DNA of 64,000 bases from Rhizobium sp. (GTDB lineage Bacteria; Pseudomonadota; Alphaproteobacteria; Rhizobiales; Rhizobiaceae), in NCBI GenBank assembly GCA_028290545.1, contig JAQGJP010000041.1:28899-92898 (forward strand), read 5' to 3'. The notes beneath the pieces were generated by a model. The model was not told where the DNA came from. It was given only the letters and a program-made list of their open reading frames with translations, and ran no database searches. This document shows, piece after piece, positions 1-9,688 of the stretch (positions are counted from its first letter, which is position 1; each line of letters begins with the position of its first letter). Made by a program: the position numbers and the translations under genes.

Positions 1-1
1 C

Positions 2-1183
2 GGCGGACTTGCCGGACTGACCACGGCGCTGCAACTCGCACGTGCGGGATCGTCAGTGATCGTGCTCGATGCCGAGACTATCGGCTTCGGCGCATCAGGC
101 CGCAATGGCGGGTTCGTCAGCCCCGGCTTTGCGACTGGAGGCGATCAGATCGCGCGGACGGCCGGCGAAGCCGCCGCACGGCAATTGCATTTGCTCTCAA
201 TTGAGGGTGTCGATTTCGTGCGGGATACGATCCGCCACCTCGATATCGCCGATGCGGCCGTTTGCCCCGGCATCACCAGCGTCATGCGCCACGATAGCGG
301 TGCGGAACTCAAGGCCTATGCCGAGACGCTCGAAGCGAAATATGGCTACTCGCTGCAATATCTCGGGCGCGACGAGATCCGCGCGGTCCTGAAATCGCAG
401 CGCTATTTCCACGGGCTTCGCGACAGCCGCGCGTTCCACATGCACCCGCTCAATTATCTCAGGGCTGTCGGCGCCGAGATCGAGCGGCTCGGCGGCAGGA
501 TTTTCGAAAATTCCAGGGCGACCGGATGCGATTTCTCCAGCCTGGAAAAAATTGTCCGCACGCCATCCGGCGAGGTGCGGGCGCGCCGGATCGTGGTGAC
601 GACCGGCGGCTATACCGGCCCGTTGGTCGGCCGCCTCAAGCGTGCTTTCCTGCCGATCGCGACCTATGTGATGCTGACGGAAGAAGCGCCGGAACTGATC
701 CGCACGGCGATTGCGACAACGGATGCGATTGGCGACAACCGCCGCGCCGGTGATTATTACCGGCTGGTCGAAGGCGGAAAGCGCATTCTCTGGGGCGGAA
801 GGATCACGACGCGGGCGGCATCCACCCAGGGTGTCGTCGAAGAACTGCGGCGCGAAATGACCACCACCTATCCGCAGCTTGCCGGTCTGAAGACCGAGCT
901 TGCCTGGTCCGGCCTGATGTCCTATGCGCGCCACCTGATGCCACAGATCGGCCAGTTGCGGCCCGATGTCTGGTACTGCACCGCCTTTGGCGGCCATGGG
1001 CTGAACACTACGGCGATCGGCGGCAAGGTCATTGCCGAAGGCATTCTCGGAGAGTCCGAACGCTACAAGCTGTTCAGGCCATTCGGCCTTGCATGGGCCG
1101 GGGGGCCGTTTGGCCTTGCCGCAGCGCAGCTCACTTACTGGAAATTACAGGCACAGGATTGGTGGCGCGAACGCGCCGCCTGA
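2..1183 (+). CDS. FAD-dependent oxidoreductase, PuuB/OrdL (DAO-like) family; 5'-truncated by window edge
   Basis: Frame is open from base 2 (GGLAGLTTALQLARAG, tail of the GxGxxG FAD motif); GASGRNGG and C-terminal FGGHG motifs. Confidence 0.85.
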   Translation, partial: GGLAGLTTALQLARAGSSVIVLDAETIGFGASGRNGGFVSPGFATGGDQIARTAGEAAARQLHLLSIEGVDFVRDTIRHLDIADAAVCPGITSVMRHDSGAELKAYAETLEAKYGYSLQYLGRDEIRAVLKSQRYFHGLRDSRAFHMHPLNYLRAVGAEIERLGGRIFENSRATGCDFSSLEKIVRTPSGEVRARRIVVTTGGYTGPLVGRLKRAFLPIATYVMLTEEAPELIRTAIATTDAIGDNRRAGDYYRLVEGGKRILWGGRITTRAASTQGVVEELRREMTTTYPQLAGLKTELAWSGLMSYARHLMPQIGQLRPDVWYCTAFGGHGLNTTAIGGKVIAEGILGESERYKLFRPFGLAWAGGPFGLAAAQLTYWKLQAQDWWRERAA

Positions 1184-1204
1184 GCCCGCGTTGGGGGACG
1201 CATC

Positions 1205-2176
1205 ATGATCGGCAGGCTGATACTGAACCATCCCGATGCGGCGAGACGCCTGGGGATCACGCTGATCATGGTCCTGGTCGCGACGGCTCTTTTCACGCTG
1301 AATATCAGCTCGTCCTGGCTCGGCAGTATCATCCCGGGTTCGGCAGAGTGGTTGAAGGGAAATGACTCCATCGGGCGGCTGATTTCCGCCGTTGTCGTCA
1401 CGTTGATCCTGGCGCTGAACTGGGTCGCGCTCCGCCAGTTGCCGCGCCGCCAGCAGGTCGCCGGAGTCTGGATCGAGCTCTTCGTCCTGCTGATGACGTT
1501 TTTCTATTCGTTCGACCTGTCGTTCGCATTCATCGCCAAGAAAATCGGCTTCCTGATCACCAAGGGCGTCACGACGACGCTTTACATTTCGGCGATCTCC
1601 ATCGTACTGGCGACCGCGATCGCACTTGCCGGCGCCATCGCCAAGCTGTCGAAAAACGGCGTGATCTATGGCCTTGCGACATTCTACACATCGCTGTTCC
1701 GCGGCCTGCCGTTGCTGATGCAGATCTACATCATCTATCTTGGTCTGCCTCAGGTCGGCTATGTGATCAGCGCGGTGCCGGCCGGCATCATGGCGCTGTC
1801 GCTCTGCTACGGCGCCTACATGACCGAGATTTTCAGGGCGGGCATCCAGAGCATCCATCGCGGCCAGTCCGAAGGCGCAACCGCACTCGGCCTCAGCCCC
1901 AACCAGACCATGTTCCTCGTGGTCCTGCCGCAAGCCATGCGCGTGATCATTCCGCCGACAGGCAACCAGTTCATCGCCATGCTCAAGGATTCGTCGCTGG
2001 TATCGGTGGTTGGCGTCTGGGAGATCATGTATCTCGCCCGCACCCAGGGGCAGACCGAGTTCCGCCACATCGAAATGCTGATCACGGCGTCGATGATCTA
2101 CTGGCTGATGTCGATAGCGCTGGAATATGCCCAATCGCGCATCGAGGAGCGCTTCGGCCGCTCGGACAAGCGCTGA
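1205..2176 (+). CDS. Polar amino-acid ABC transporter permease (HisM/GlnP family) with extra N-terminal TM helices
   Basis: FRGLPLLMQ, AYMTEIFRAGI, GQSEGATALGL and LKDSSL motifs. Confidence 0.9.
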   Translation: MIGRLILNHPDAARRLGITLIMVLVATALFTLNISSSWLGSIIPGSAEWLKGNDSIGRLISAVVVTLILALNWVALRQLPRRQQVAGVWIELFVLLMTFFYSFDLSFAFIAKKIGFLITKGVTTTLYISAISIVLATAIALAGAIAKLSKNGVIYGLATFYTSLFRGLPLLMQIYIIYLGLPQVGYVISAVPAGIMALSLCYGAYMTEIFRAGIQSIHRGQSEGATALGLSPNQTMFLVVLPQAMRVIIPPTGNQFIAMLKDSSLVSVVGVWEIMYLARTQGQTEFRHIEMLITASMIYWLMSIALEYAQSRIEERFGRSDKR

Positions 2177-2198
2177 TGGAACAGCCGATGCAGATCCG

Positions 2199-3212
2199 TC
2201 AGTAGGCGACGCGCTTGTAATAGCGGCGCGTGGTCAGCGGATGATCGCGCATGACTTCGAGGTGGGCGCTGATCCGCTCCAGCACGGTGGCCAGCACGAT
2301 CGGCGATATCAGCGCTCGCATTTCAGCCGAGAGCCCGGAAAGCTCCATGTCGGCGGTATCGAGGATTGTGAGTTTGCTCGTGTAGTTCGGAACGAAATTC
2401 TCCACCCTTTCGGACAGCGGCCGCAGTTCGTCCTCGCCCTTGAAGAGGATGACGCTGACGTCCTTTTCCACCAGTTCCAGCGTGCCGTGGAAGAAATCCG
2501 AGGCATGCACCGGCCGCGTGCGGATCCACTGCATCTCCTCGAGAATGCACATGCCGTAATAGAAGGCCTGCGGCCAGACGCTGCCCGCACCGGTGATGAT
2601 ATGATAGTCGGAACTGGCGATGCGCCTGGCAAAATCCTCAGCCTTCGGCTCATAGGCGCGTTTGGTTTCCAGCAGCACGTCAGGCAGCGTCTGGAATGCG
2701 GCGATCAGCGCGTCGTAATTGGCGATTTCGCCACGATGTTTCATGATCGACAGCGCGATGAACAGCGATTGCATATAGAAGGATTCGCAGGACGTGTCGT
2801 CTTCGGCGAAATTGACGAAGACATGATCGCCGCCCTCGCCAAGCGGTGTTTCCCGATGGCCGACCAGTGTCACGACCGTTGCGCCGATTTCCTTGAGTTT
2901 TGCGAGCAGCGCCACGCTCTCCTTGGTGGTGCCGGAAAGTGACGGCATGACCACGATCGATTTCTCAGTGAGATGCGCCGAGCCGGTGAGCACCAGTTCC
3001 GCCGGCCAGTCGATGAAGACTGGAAAGCGGGATTTCCGCTGCAGCAATTGGGCCGCAGGCTGCATGAGGATCGCCGCGCCGCCGGTGCCGAGAAAAAACA
3101 GATTGTCCGCACCGGCATTCAGGCTGGCGCCGATCGCCTCGTCCAGACCGGAAGCCAAGGCTGCCGCACCCGATTGAATGCGCCGAAAGCGTTGTTCGTC
3201 AAAATTCAGCAT
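2199..3212 (-). CDS. SIS-domain sugar-amine-6-phosphate deglycase (FrlB-like)
   Basis: Two SIS domains; SLSGTTKE, CILEEMQW, FFHGTLE and C-terminal HPLTTRRYY typical of FrlB; start moved to ATG 3212. Confidence 0.8.
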   Translation of the reverse strand: MLNFDEQRFRRIQSGAAALASGLDEAIGASLNAGADNLFFLGTGGAAILMQPAAQLLQRKSRFPVFIDWPAELVLTGSAHLTEKSIVVMPSLSGTTKESVALLAKLKEIGATVVTLVGHRETPLGEGGDHVFVNFAEDDTSCESFYMQSLFIALSIMKHRGEIANYDALIAAFQTLPDVLLETKRAYEPKAEDFARRIASSDYHIITGAGSVWPQAFYYGMCILEEMQWIRTRPVHASDFFHGTLELVEKDVSVILFKGEDELRPLSERVENFVPNYTSKLTILDTADMELSGLSAEMRALISPIVLATVLERISAHLEVMRDHPLTTRRYYKRVAY

Positions 3213-3264
3213 GCCCGGACCTTCGAAACGAGGGAACGATATTCGTCGTTCAACTGGGAGAAAT

Positions 3265-3377
3265 GTTGTAAGACAACTGACATCTTTGGCAAAAAGTGTC
3301 AAGCTGACGCCGGGCTGCGTTTACGCCGACATGCACTAGAAACCCAACGCCTTGACGGTTGGGGATTTGTCAGACAA
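3265..3377. promoter_or_regulatory. Two GntR-type palindromic operators in the divergent promoter region
   Basis: GTTGTAAGACAAC (3265-3277) and TTGTCAGACAA (3367-3377); CTTGAC -35-like hexamer at 3351. Confidence 0.6.
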
Positions 3378-3401
3378 GACAGAACGATAGAACGGATAGC
3401 A

Positions 3402-4145
3402 ATGATGGACAGTCTGGAAGAGCCTCTTCGCGATACGCGTACTCTGGTGATCCAGTTGCGAGACCGTATTGCGACGCTGATCCGCGACCAGGCGCTGCCG
3501 CCTGGAAGCAAGCTGCCCACGGAAGCGCAGCTCACGGCGCGGTTCAAGATTTCCCGCCCGGCACTGCGTGAGGCGCTCAAACTGCTCGAACAGGATGGGA
3601 CGATCACGGTCGAGCATGGCCGTGGCCGCTTCATATCGGCAATGTCGGCGGTGCAGGTCGATCGTCCGATCACGGTGTTCGAAAGCGTCACCGATATGGC
3701 CGGGCATTATGGTTACAAGCCGGTCAACAGGGTTCTGGCGATCCGGGAAGAGGCGGCCGATGCCGTAACGGCAGAAAAACTGCGACTCGGGCCGGATGAC
3801 AAGGTCATCCGTATCGAACGGCTCAGGCTGCATGGCAAGGAGCCGATTATGTATTGCGTCGACTTCGTCCCGCGAAGCCTGTTCCAGGATGAGATCAGCG
3901 GGATCGACTGGAGCGGTTCGCTGCTCGACCTGTTGGAAAGCGGGAAGCAGCGCCCGCGCATGTCCGCCGCCTCGGTTTCCGCCGTGACGTTACCGCCGGA
4001 GATCATCGAGCGGCACCAGTTGCAGGATTTTGGACCGGCGCTGCTGATATCGGAGACCTGTTACAATGCTTTCGGGCTGCCGGTCATCTATGCGATCGAC
4101 TATCATCGCGGCAGTCATTTCACCTTCAGCCTGATCAGGCGGTAG
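3402..4145 (+). CDS. GntR-family regulator, HutC/UTRA subfamily
   Basis: KLPTEAQL...ISRPALREAL...HGRGRF wHTH plus UTRA-like C-domain; start moved to ATG 3402. Confidence 0.9.
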   Translation: MMDSLEEPLRDTRTLVIQLRDRIATLIRDQALPPGSKLPTEAQLTARFKISRPALREALKLLEQDGTITVEHGRGRFISAMSAVQVDRPITVFESVTDMAGHYGYKPVNRVLAIREEAADAVTAEKLRLGPDDKVIRIERLRLHGKEPIMYCVDFVPRSLFQDEISGIDWSGSLLDLLESGKQRPRMSAASVSAVTLPPEIIERHQLQDFGPALLISETCYNAFGLPVIYAIDYHRGSHFTFSLIRR

Positions 4146-5733
4146 AGCGAACCGGAGCCGACCTGATCATGTCGGCTGCTTTTTCGGCGATCATCACCGT
4201 TGCGGCATTGGTGTTGGACGAGATCAGCCGCGGCATTATGGAACTGTCGCAGACCCTCAACCGGTCGATACCACGAACCCGCAATTGCGGATCGACCACG
4301 GCATTCTCGCCGCTGCCCATGCGGCATGTGCCGACCGGATGATAGGCCGAGCGTCCATAGGTTCGCGCGAACTGTTCGTAATCGGCTTTGGTCCTTATTT
4401 CATCGCCGGGCACGTGCAGGCGGTTGACGAATGGCCGGAAGGCCGGCTGCGAGAGGATTTCCTGGCTGATCTTGATGCCATCGACGGCACGGTCGAGATC
4501 GTAGGGATCGGCATAGGGATTGGGGTCGATGATCGGCGCATCGCGCAGATCGGCGGATCTCAGAGTGACGCTGCCGCGTGATCTCGGGCGCAGCGGATAG
4601 GAGTTCAGCGTACAGCCATTGCCGCCTGGCACCGAGCCGATGCCCTCCTCGACGCCGGCACCCGGCAGGAAATGGAACTGGATATCGGGCGTCTTGTCAC
4701 TTTTGTCGCCCCACCAGAAGGCGCCGCCCTCGACGATGTTGGAGGCGACCGGCCCTTTGCCGAACAGCGCATATTCCAGTGCCGCCATCGCCTGCCAGCG
4801 ACGCTTCTTGTATCGGTCGATGCCGTAGGAGCCTGATAGTTCGGCCAGCACGTCGACATCCATGTGATCCTGCAGGTTCTGGCCGACGCCGGGCAGGTCG
4901 CGGACGATGTCGACGCCTCTCTCACGCAGATGATCGGCCGGGCCGAGCCCAGACAGCATCAACAGCTTCGGCGAACCGATGGCGCCGGAGGTGACGATCA
5001 CCTCCCGGTCGGCGCGCAACACGATCGGTCGGCCGTTCTCGATGATCTCGACACCGACGGCGCAGCCATTCTCGATGGCAATCCGGCTGACCGTGACACC
5101 GGTGCGGACCTGCAGATTGGCACGGTTCAGCGCCGGCCGGAGATAACCGACCGCAGTGCTTGCGCGTTTTCCACCCTTGGTGGTCGTCTGGTAGAACCCC
5201 GTGCCGGCCTGATGGCCATTGTTGAAATCGGCGTTGAAAGGAAGGCCGGCTTCCTGCGCGGCGCGCACGAACACGCGGGTCAGCGTATGCGGCGTCTGCG
5301 AACTGACGCCGAGCGGCCCTTCCGTGCCGTGATGGGTGCCGCCGAACGTGTCGTTGCCTTCGGACTTGCGGAAATAGGGCAGCACGTCCCCGTACGCCCA
5401 GCCGGTGCAGCCTTCATCATTGGCCCAGCCGTCATAGTCTTCCGGGCAGCCGCGCGTGAAAACCTGCGCATTGATCGAACTGCCGCCGCCGAGCACGCGT
5501 GCCTGCGGATAAACCATCTTGCGGCCATCGATCTCACGGCCGGGGGCGGTCTCATAACCCCAGATCAGCGGCCCGGCCGTCATCTTGAAGAAGCCCACCG
5601 GCAGATGGATATACATATTGGTGTCGCGTGGTCCGGCCTCGAGCAGGATGACGGAAACGTCCGGGTCCTCGCTCAATCGCGCCGCCAGAACGCAGCCGGC
5701 GGACCCGCCGCCAACGATGATGTAATCGGTCAT
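4135..5733 (-). CDS. GMC (glucose-methanol-choline) oxidoreductase
   Basis: DYIIVGGGSAG, LGGGSSIN, GQNLQDH, YHPVGT and SSNTNA motifs. Confidence 0.93.
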   Translation of the reverse strand: MTDYIIVGGGSAGCVLAARLSEDPDVSVILLEAGPRDTNMYIHLPVGFFKMTAGPLIWGYETAPGREIDGRKMVYPQARVLGGGSSINAQVFTRGCPEDYDGWANDEGCTGWAYGDVLPYFRKSEGNDTFGGTHHGTEGPLGVSSQTPHTLTRVFVRAAQEAGLPFNADFNNGHQAGTGFYQTTTKGGKRASTAVGYLRPALNRANLQVRTGVTVSRIAIENGCAVGVEIIENGRPIVLRADREVIVTSGAIGSPKLLMLSGLGPADHLRERGVDIVRDLPGVGQNLQDHMDVDVLAELSGSYGIDRYKKRRWQAMAALEYALFGKGPVASNIVEGGAFWWGDKSDKTPDIQFHFLPGAGVEEGIGSVPGGNGCTLNSYPLRPRSRGSVTLRSADLRDAPIIDPNPYADPYDLDRAVDGIKISQEILSQPAFRPFVNRLHVPGDEIRTKADYEQFARTYGRSAYHPVGTCRMGSGENAVVDPQLRVRGIDRLRVCDSSIMPRLISSNTNAATVMIAEKAADMIRSAPVRSTA

Positions 5734-5845
5734 AATGCCTCCCAGCCTGCCATTCGGAATGCGCGCTCGCTCCGCGCATCACGTGATTTGGGCCACATTC
5801 TCAAGTCCCGGACGCATCGTCAAGAGAAAGGGTAAGGTTATCGTC

Positions 5846-5866
5846 TTGAAGGGTTGTCGTACAAAT
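5846..5866. promoter_or_regulatory. FadR-type operator copy (lar-cluster motif)
   Basis: TTGAAGGGTTGTCGTACAAAT, 16/21 identical to the 19676 site; lies between the divergent GMC and ABC genes. Confidence 0.6.
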
Positions 5867-5951
5867 AATCCTGTGTTAAATCTTTTTGCAGGGTTCGGCA
5901 TCGGTCTGGAGGAGGCCGGAACCTCGCAACGTCTCAACGGGAGGATTCGTG

Positions 5952-7034
5952 ATGAAGGAAAGAAATGAATTTCTGCGCTCTGGTGAAATCAATCGCCGGA
6001 CGCTGATGATGGGCACGGCTGCGGGTCTTGCCGCCGCCACTTTGCCCGGGAAGCTTTTTGCCGCCGATAAGCCCACTCTGGTGACGTCGATCCGCTCGCT
6101 CTCCAATCCATACCATGCGGTGTGGAAGCAGGGTGCCGAGGCCTATGCGGCCTCCATGGGCCTGGAGCATGTGACGCTGGTTTCCGAAGGCAATAGCGAA
6201 AAGGGCATAGCCGATATCAAGGCGATGCTGGCCAAGACCGGCGGCAACATGGTGTTGAATTCCGACCCGAACGACACGCCGGATGCGCGGCCGATCGTCG
6301 AAGCCTGCGCCAAGGCCGGTGCCTTTGTGCTGACCCAGTGGAACAAGCCGGCCGACCTGCACCCCAAGGATTTCAACCCCAATTATGTCTCGCATATCGA
6401 ATTCGACGGCATTGCCAGCGGCAAGCAGATTGCCGAAATCCTCTTCAAGTCGATCGGCGGCTCCGGCGGCATCATCGCGCTCGGCGGCATGATCTCGACG
6501 ACGGCGGCGATCGAGCGCAAGAAGGGTCTCGACCAGGCGCTCGCCGCCAACCCCGATATCAAGCTGCTCGACTTCCAGGTCGCCAACTGGAAATCCACCG
6601 AGGCCTTCGACCTGACCAGCAACCTGCTGACCCGCTTCGGGGACGAGATCAAGGGCATCTGGGCCGCCAATGACGACATGGGCACAGGCGCGCTCGAAGC
6701 ACTGCGTGCCGAGGGTCTGGCGGGCAAGGTGCCGGTGGTCGGCATCGACGGCATCAAGACCGCGGTCGATGCTGTCCGCAGCGGCGAGTTCGCCTGCACG
6801 ATCACTTCCGATCCGTTCTGGCAGGGCGGCATGGGCCTTTCCATCGGCTACAATGCGCTGATGAAGAAGTTCGATCCGACCACCGAGCCGCCGGAACACC
6901 GCGAGTTCTACGGCAAGGTCGTGCTGATCGAAAAGGCCAATGTCGAGGACTATTACAAGAACAATATCGACTCCAAGCCGACCATGGACTGGAACGATCT
7001 CTGGGGCCGGGTCGTAGGACCGATACGGGTATAG
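5952..7034 (+). CDS. Sugar (CUT2/RbsB-like) ABC transporter periplasmic binding protein with Tat signal
   Basis: RRTLMM twin-arginine signal; NPY, WAANDDMG and VVGIDG motifs; GGAGG RBS upstream. Confidence 0.92.
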   Translation: MKERNEFLRSGEINRRTLMMGTAAGLAAATLPGKLFAADKPTLVTSIRSLSNPYHAVWKQGAEAYAASMGLEHVTLVSEGNSEKGIADIKAMLAKTGGNMVLNSDPNDTPDARPIVEACAKAGAFVLTQWNKPADLHPKDFNPNYVSHIEFDGIASGKQIAEILFKSIGGSGGIIALGGMISTTAAIERKKGLDQALAANPDIKLLDFQVANWKSTEAFDLTSNLLTRFGDEIKGIWAANDDMGTGALEALRAEGLAGKVPVVGIDGIKTAVDAVRSGEFACTITSDPFWQGGMGLSIGYNALMKKFDPTTEPPEHREFYGKVVLIEKANVEDYYKNNIDSKPTMDWNDLWGRVVGPIRV

Positions 7035-7077
7035 CCCGAACTCTCCCACAGTGCGCGGTCCGCCGCGCCTGCTCCTC

Positions 7078-7104
7078 GCCGGCGGCAGCACGCCTGTCGC
7101 CGGC
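7078..7104 (+). other. Intercistronic stem-loop after the SBP gene (possible mRNA stabiliser)
   Basis: GCCGGCGGCAG-CACGC-CTGTCGCCGGC. Confidence 0.5.
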
Positions 7105-7134
7105 ATTTCGAAGCACAGTGCGGGATAAATCGTC

Positions 7135-8172
7135 TTGACCATCCATGCCGAACAGATGAATGCTGCCGCCAATCTGGAGCGCAGCACGATGGATACGCTT
7201 CTTGGCCGCCTCATCAAGGGCAACGGTGCGCGCCACTGGCGTTCCTATGCCCCTCTCGCCGTGTTGATCGGCCTCTGCATCCTGATCGCCATTGCCAACC
7301 CCAATTTCATCGAACTGCGCAATCTCGTGCGCGTCGCCAATTCCGCCTCGGTGCCGCTGACGCTGGCCATGGGCATGACCTTCATCATCCTGCTCGGCAG
7401 CATCGATCTTTCGGTCGAGGGCGCGTTGTCGGTCGCGGCCATGGTGCTGGTGCTGCTCGCCACCAACGATGCCAATGCCAATCACTATGGCTGGCTCGCG
7501 GTACTGGCAGCCATCGTCGCCAGTACGCTTGTCGGCCTGCTGAACGGCGTGGTGCAGACATATCTGCGCATTCCGTCGTTCATGGCAACGCTCGGCATGT
7601 GGTTCATCGGGCTCGGCTTCTCGGTCTATATGCTGGGTGGTTCTGCAATCCGGCTGATGGATCCCTCGATCCGCGCGCTGGCCCTGTCGCGTTTCCTCGG
7701 CCTGCCGCTCGCCGTCTGGGTGGCGCTCGCAGCCTTCCTGCTGGCGGCGGTGATCCAGTATCATACCCGTTTCGGCCGCCATATCATGGCGGTCGGCGGC
7801 GGCGAGGATGTCGCCGAACTCTCGGGCATCAATCTTCGCAAGGTCCGCATCCTGGCCTTCGGCCTTGCAGGCTTCTTCTTCGGCATCGCCGGCGTGCTGG
7901 CCGCAGCCCAGCTCGGTCAATCCAACGCGGTGATCGCCGACGGTCGGCTGTTCGCCGCCGTGACCGCCGTCGTGGTGGGTGGAACCGCGCTGACTGGCGG
8001 CGAAGGCGGGGTGTTCAATACGCTGGTCGGCGTGCTGATCGTTACCGTGCTGGCCAACGGCATGATCCTGCTTGGTATCTCACCCTATATCCAGCAGACC
8101 GTGCAGGGCCTGATGATCATCGCCGCCGTGGCGCTGTCGCTTGATCGCCTCCGCCTCAAGATCGTGAAGTGA
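7135..8172 (+). CDS. Sugar ABC transporter permease (RbsC family); start could be 7156 or 7189
   Basis: GSIDLSV, IPSFMATLG, TRFGRH and VVVGGTALTGG motifs. Confidence 0.92.
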   Translation: MTIHAEQMNAAANLERSTMDTLLGRLIKGNGARHWRSYAPLAVLIGLCILIAIANPNFIELRNLVRVANSASVPLTLAMGMTFIILLGSIDLSVEGALSVAAMVLVLLATNDANANHYGWLAVLAAIVASTLVGLLNGVVQTYLRIPSFMATLGMWFIGLGFSVYMLGGSAIRLMDPSIRALALSRFLGLPLAVWVALAAFLLAAVIQYHTRFGRHIMAVGGGEDVAELSGINLRKVRILAFGLAGFFFGIAGVLAAAQLGQSNAVIADGRLFAAVTAVVVGGTALTGGEGGVFNTLVGVLIVTVLANGMILLGISPYIQQTVQGLMIIAAVALSLDRLRLKIVK

Positions 8173-8175
8173 TCC

Positions 8176-9678
8176 ATGCTTGCAGCAAACGGCATCAGCA
8201 AATATTTCACCGGCGTCCAGGCGCTCAAGGATGTCAGTATCGAAATCCGCCCGAATGAAGTGGTGGGCCTGATCGGCGAGAACGGTGCCGGTAAATCGAC
8301 GCTGATGCGCGTGCTCGCCGGTACGCACCGGCCGGATTCAGGCACTTTAACGCTCGACGGCGAGCAGGTGAGGCTCAAGGGCGCGCGTGACGCGGCCATG
8401 CATGGCATCGGCATGGTGTTTCAGGAACAGTCGCTGCTGCTCAACATGTCGGTCGCGGAAAACATTTATCTGGGCCAGGAAGGCCAGTTCGTCCGCCTGG
8501 GTATCGTCAACTGGAAGGCGATGCACGCGGCGGCGCGTCGTCAACTGGCCAAGATCGGTGTCGATATCGATGTCGCGGCGCGGACCTCGGAGCTGACATT
8601 CGCCGCGCGGCAGATGGTCGAGCTCGCCAAGGCTCTGACGCTTGAGGAAACCGTGGCAAGGCCACTGGTGATCCTGCTTGACGAGCCGACCTCGGTTCTT
8701 TCCGGCTCGGACATCGATATCCTGTTCAATCGCGTGCGCTCGTTGAAGACGCGCGCCAGCTTCGTGTTCGTCTCGCACCGGCTGGACGAGGTGCTGCGGA
8801 TTTCCGATCGCGTCTACACGATGAAGGACGGACAGGTGGTCGCCCAGCATCAGGCCAGCGAGGTGACCGCGCCGCAGTTGCATCAGATCATGGTCGGGCG
8901 TGGCGTGCAGACCGAATATTACAAGGAAGGTCGCCAGCTTGCGCCGCAGGGCGAAATCATGCTGGATGCGGCCAGGCTGGGTCTCGCGGGCGCGTTCTCC
9001 GATGTCGACTTCACGATTCGCGCCGGTGAAATCGTCGGCATTGCCGGCGTTGTCGGTTCTGGCCGCGAAGAGGTGACGCGGGCGATCGGCGGTTTCCTGC
9101 CACACACGGCGGGCACGCTGAAGGTCAAGGGCGAGGCTGTTAACTTCTCGTCACCGGAGCAGGCGGTGCGCAAGAGCATCGGCTATGTTCCGCGCGAGCG
9201 TCGGGTCGAAGGCCTGGTGATGTTCCTGTCGGTGGCGGAGAACATCTCGCTCGCCGATCTCTCGGCCGTCATGAAAAACGGCCGCATTGATTATGGCAAG
9301 GAACGCCGGCTGGCCAGCGACTGGATCAAACGGTTGCGGATCAAGGCGCCCGGCCCGGATGCTGCCTGCCGCAATCTCTCCGGCGGCAACCAGCAGAAAG
9401 TGGTGCTGGCGCGCTGGATGACGGCAGGTTCGCGTATCCTGATCCTCGATCATCCGACACGCGGGCTCGATGTCGGCGCCAAGGAGGAGGTCTACGACCT
9501 CGTGCGCGATCTCTCCGAACAGGGCGTGGCGATCCTGCTGATCTCCGACACGCTGGAGGAAACGATCGGGCTGTCGCATCAGGTTCTGGTAATGCGCGAC
9601 GGTGCGGTGACCGCCCGTTTCGACGCCAGTCCCGGCAACAAGCCCGATCAGGTCGAACTCCTGAAAGCCATGGTGTGA
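8176..9678 (+). CDS. Sugar ABC transporter ATP-binding protein (double ABC, RbsA family)
   Basis: GENGAGKS Walker A, LDEPT, LSGGNQQK. Confidence 0.95.
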   Translation: MLAANGISKYFTGVQALKDVSIEIRPNEVVGLIGENGAGKSTLMRVLAGTHRPDSGTLTLDGEQVRLKGARDAAMHGIGMVFQEQSLLLNMSVAENIYLGQEGQFVRLGIVNWKAMHAAARRQLAKIGVDIDVAARTSELTFAARQMVELAKALTLEETVARPLVILLDEPTSVLSGSDIDILFNRVRSLKTRASFVFVSHRLDEVLRISDRVYTMKDGQVVAQHQASEVTAPQLHQIMVGRGVQTEYYKEGRQLAPQGEIMLDAARLGLAGAFSDVDFTIRAGEIVGIAGVVGSGREEVTRAIGGFLPHTAGTLKVKGEAVNFSSPEQAVRKSIGYVPRERRVEGLVMFLSVAENISLADLSAVMKNGRIDYGKERRLASDWIKRLRIKAPGPDAACRNLSGGNQQKVVLARWMTAGSRILILDHPTRGLDVGAKEEVYDLVRDLSEQGVAILLISDTLEETIGLSHQVLVMRDGAVTARFDASPGNKPDQVELLKAMV

Positions 9679-9688
9679 GGAGCGAGCG

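Noticed and set aside
2973-3401. Long N-terminal extensions in the ORF track (also 19286-19462, 22346-22498, 27115-27483, 59584-59793)
   Set aside because: They overlap neighbouring genes or promoters; family homology starts at downstream start codons
4135-5733. Calling the GMC enzyme betA (choline dehydrogenase)
   Set aside because: Only family-level motifs; no betB/betI nearby and the neighbouring importer is sugar-type
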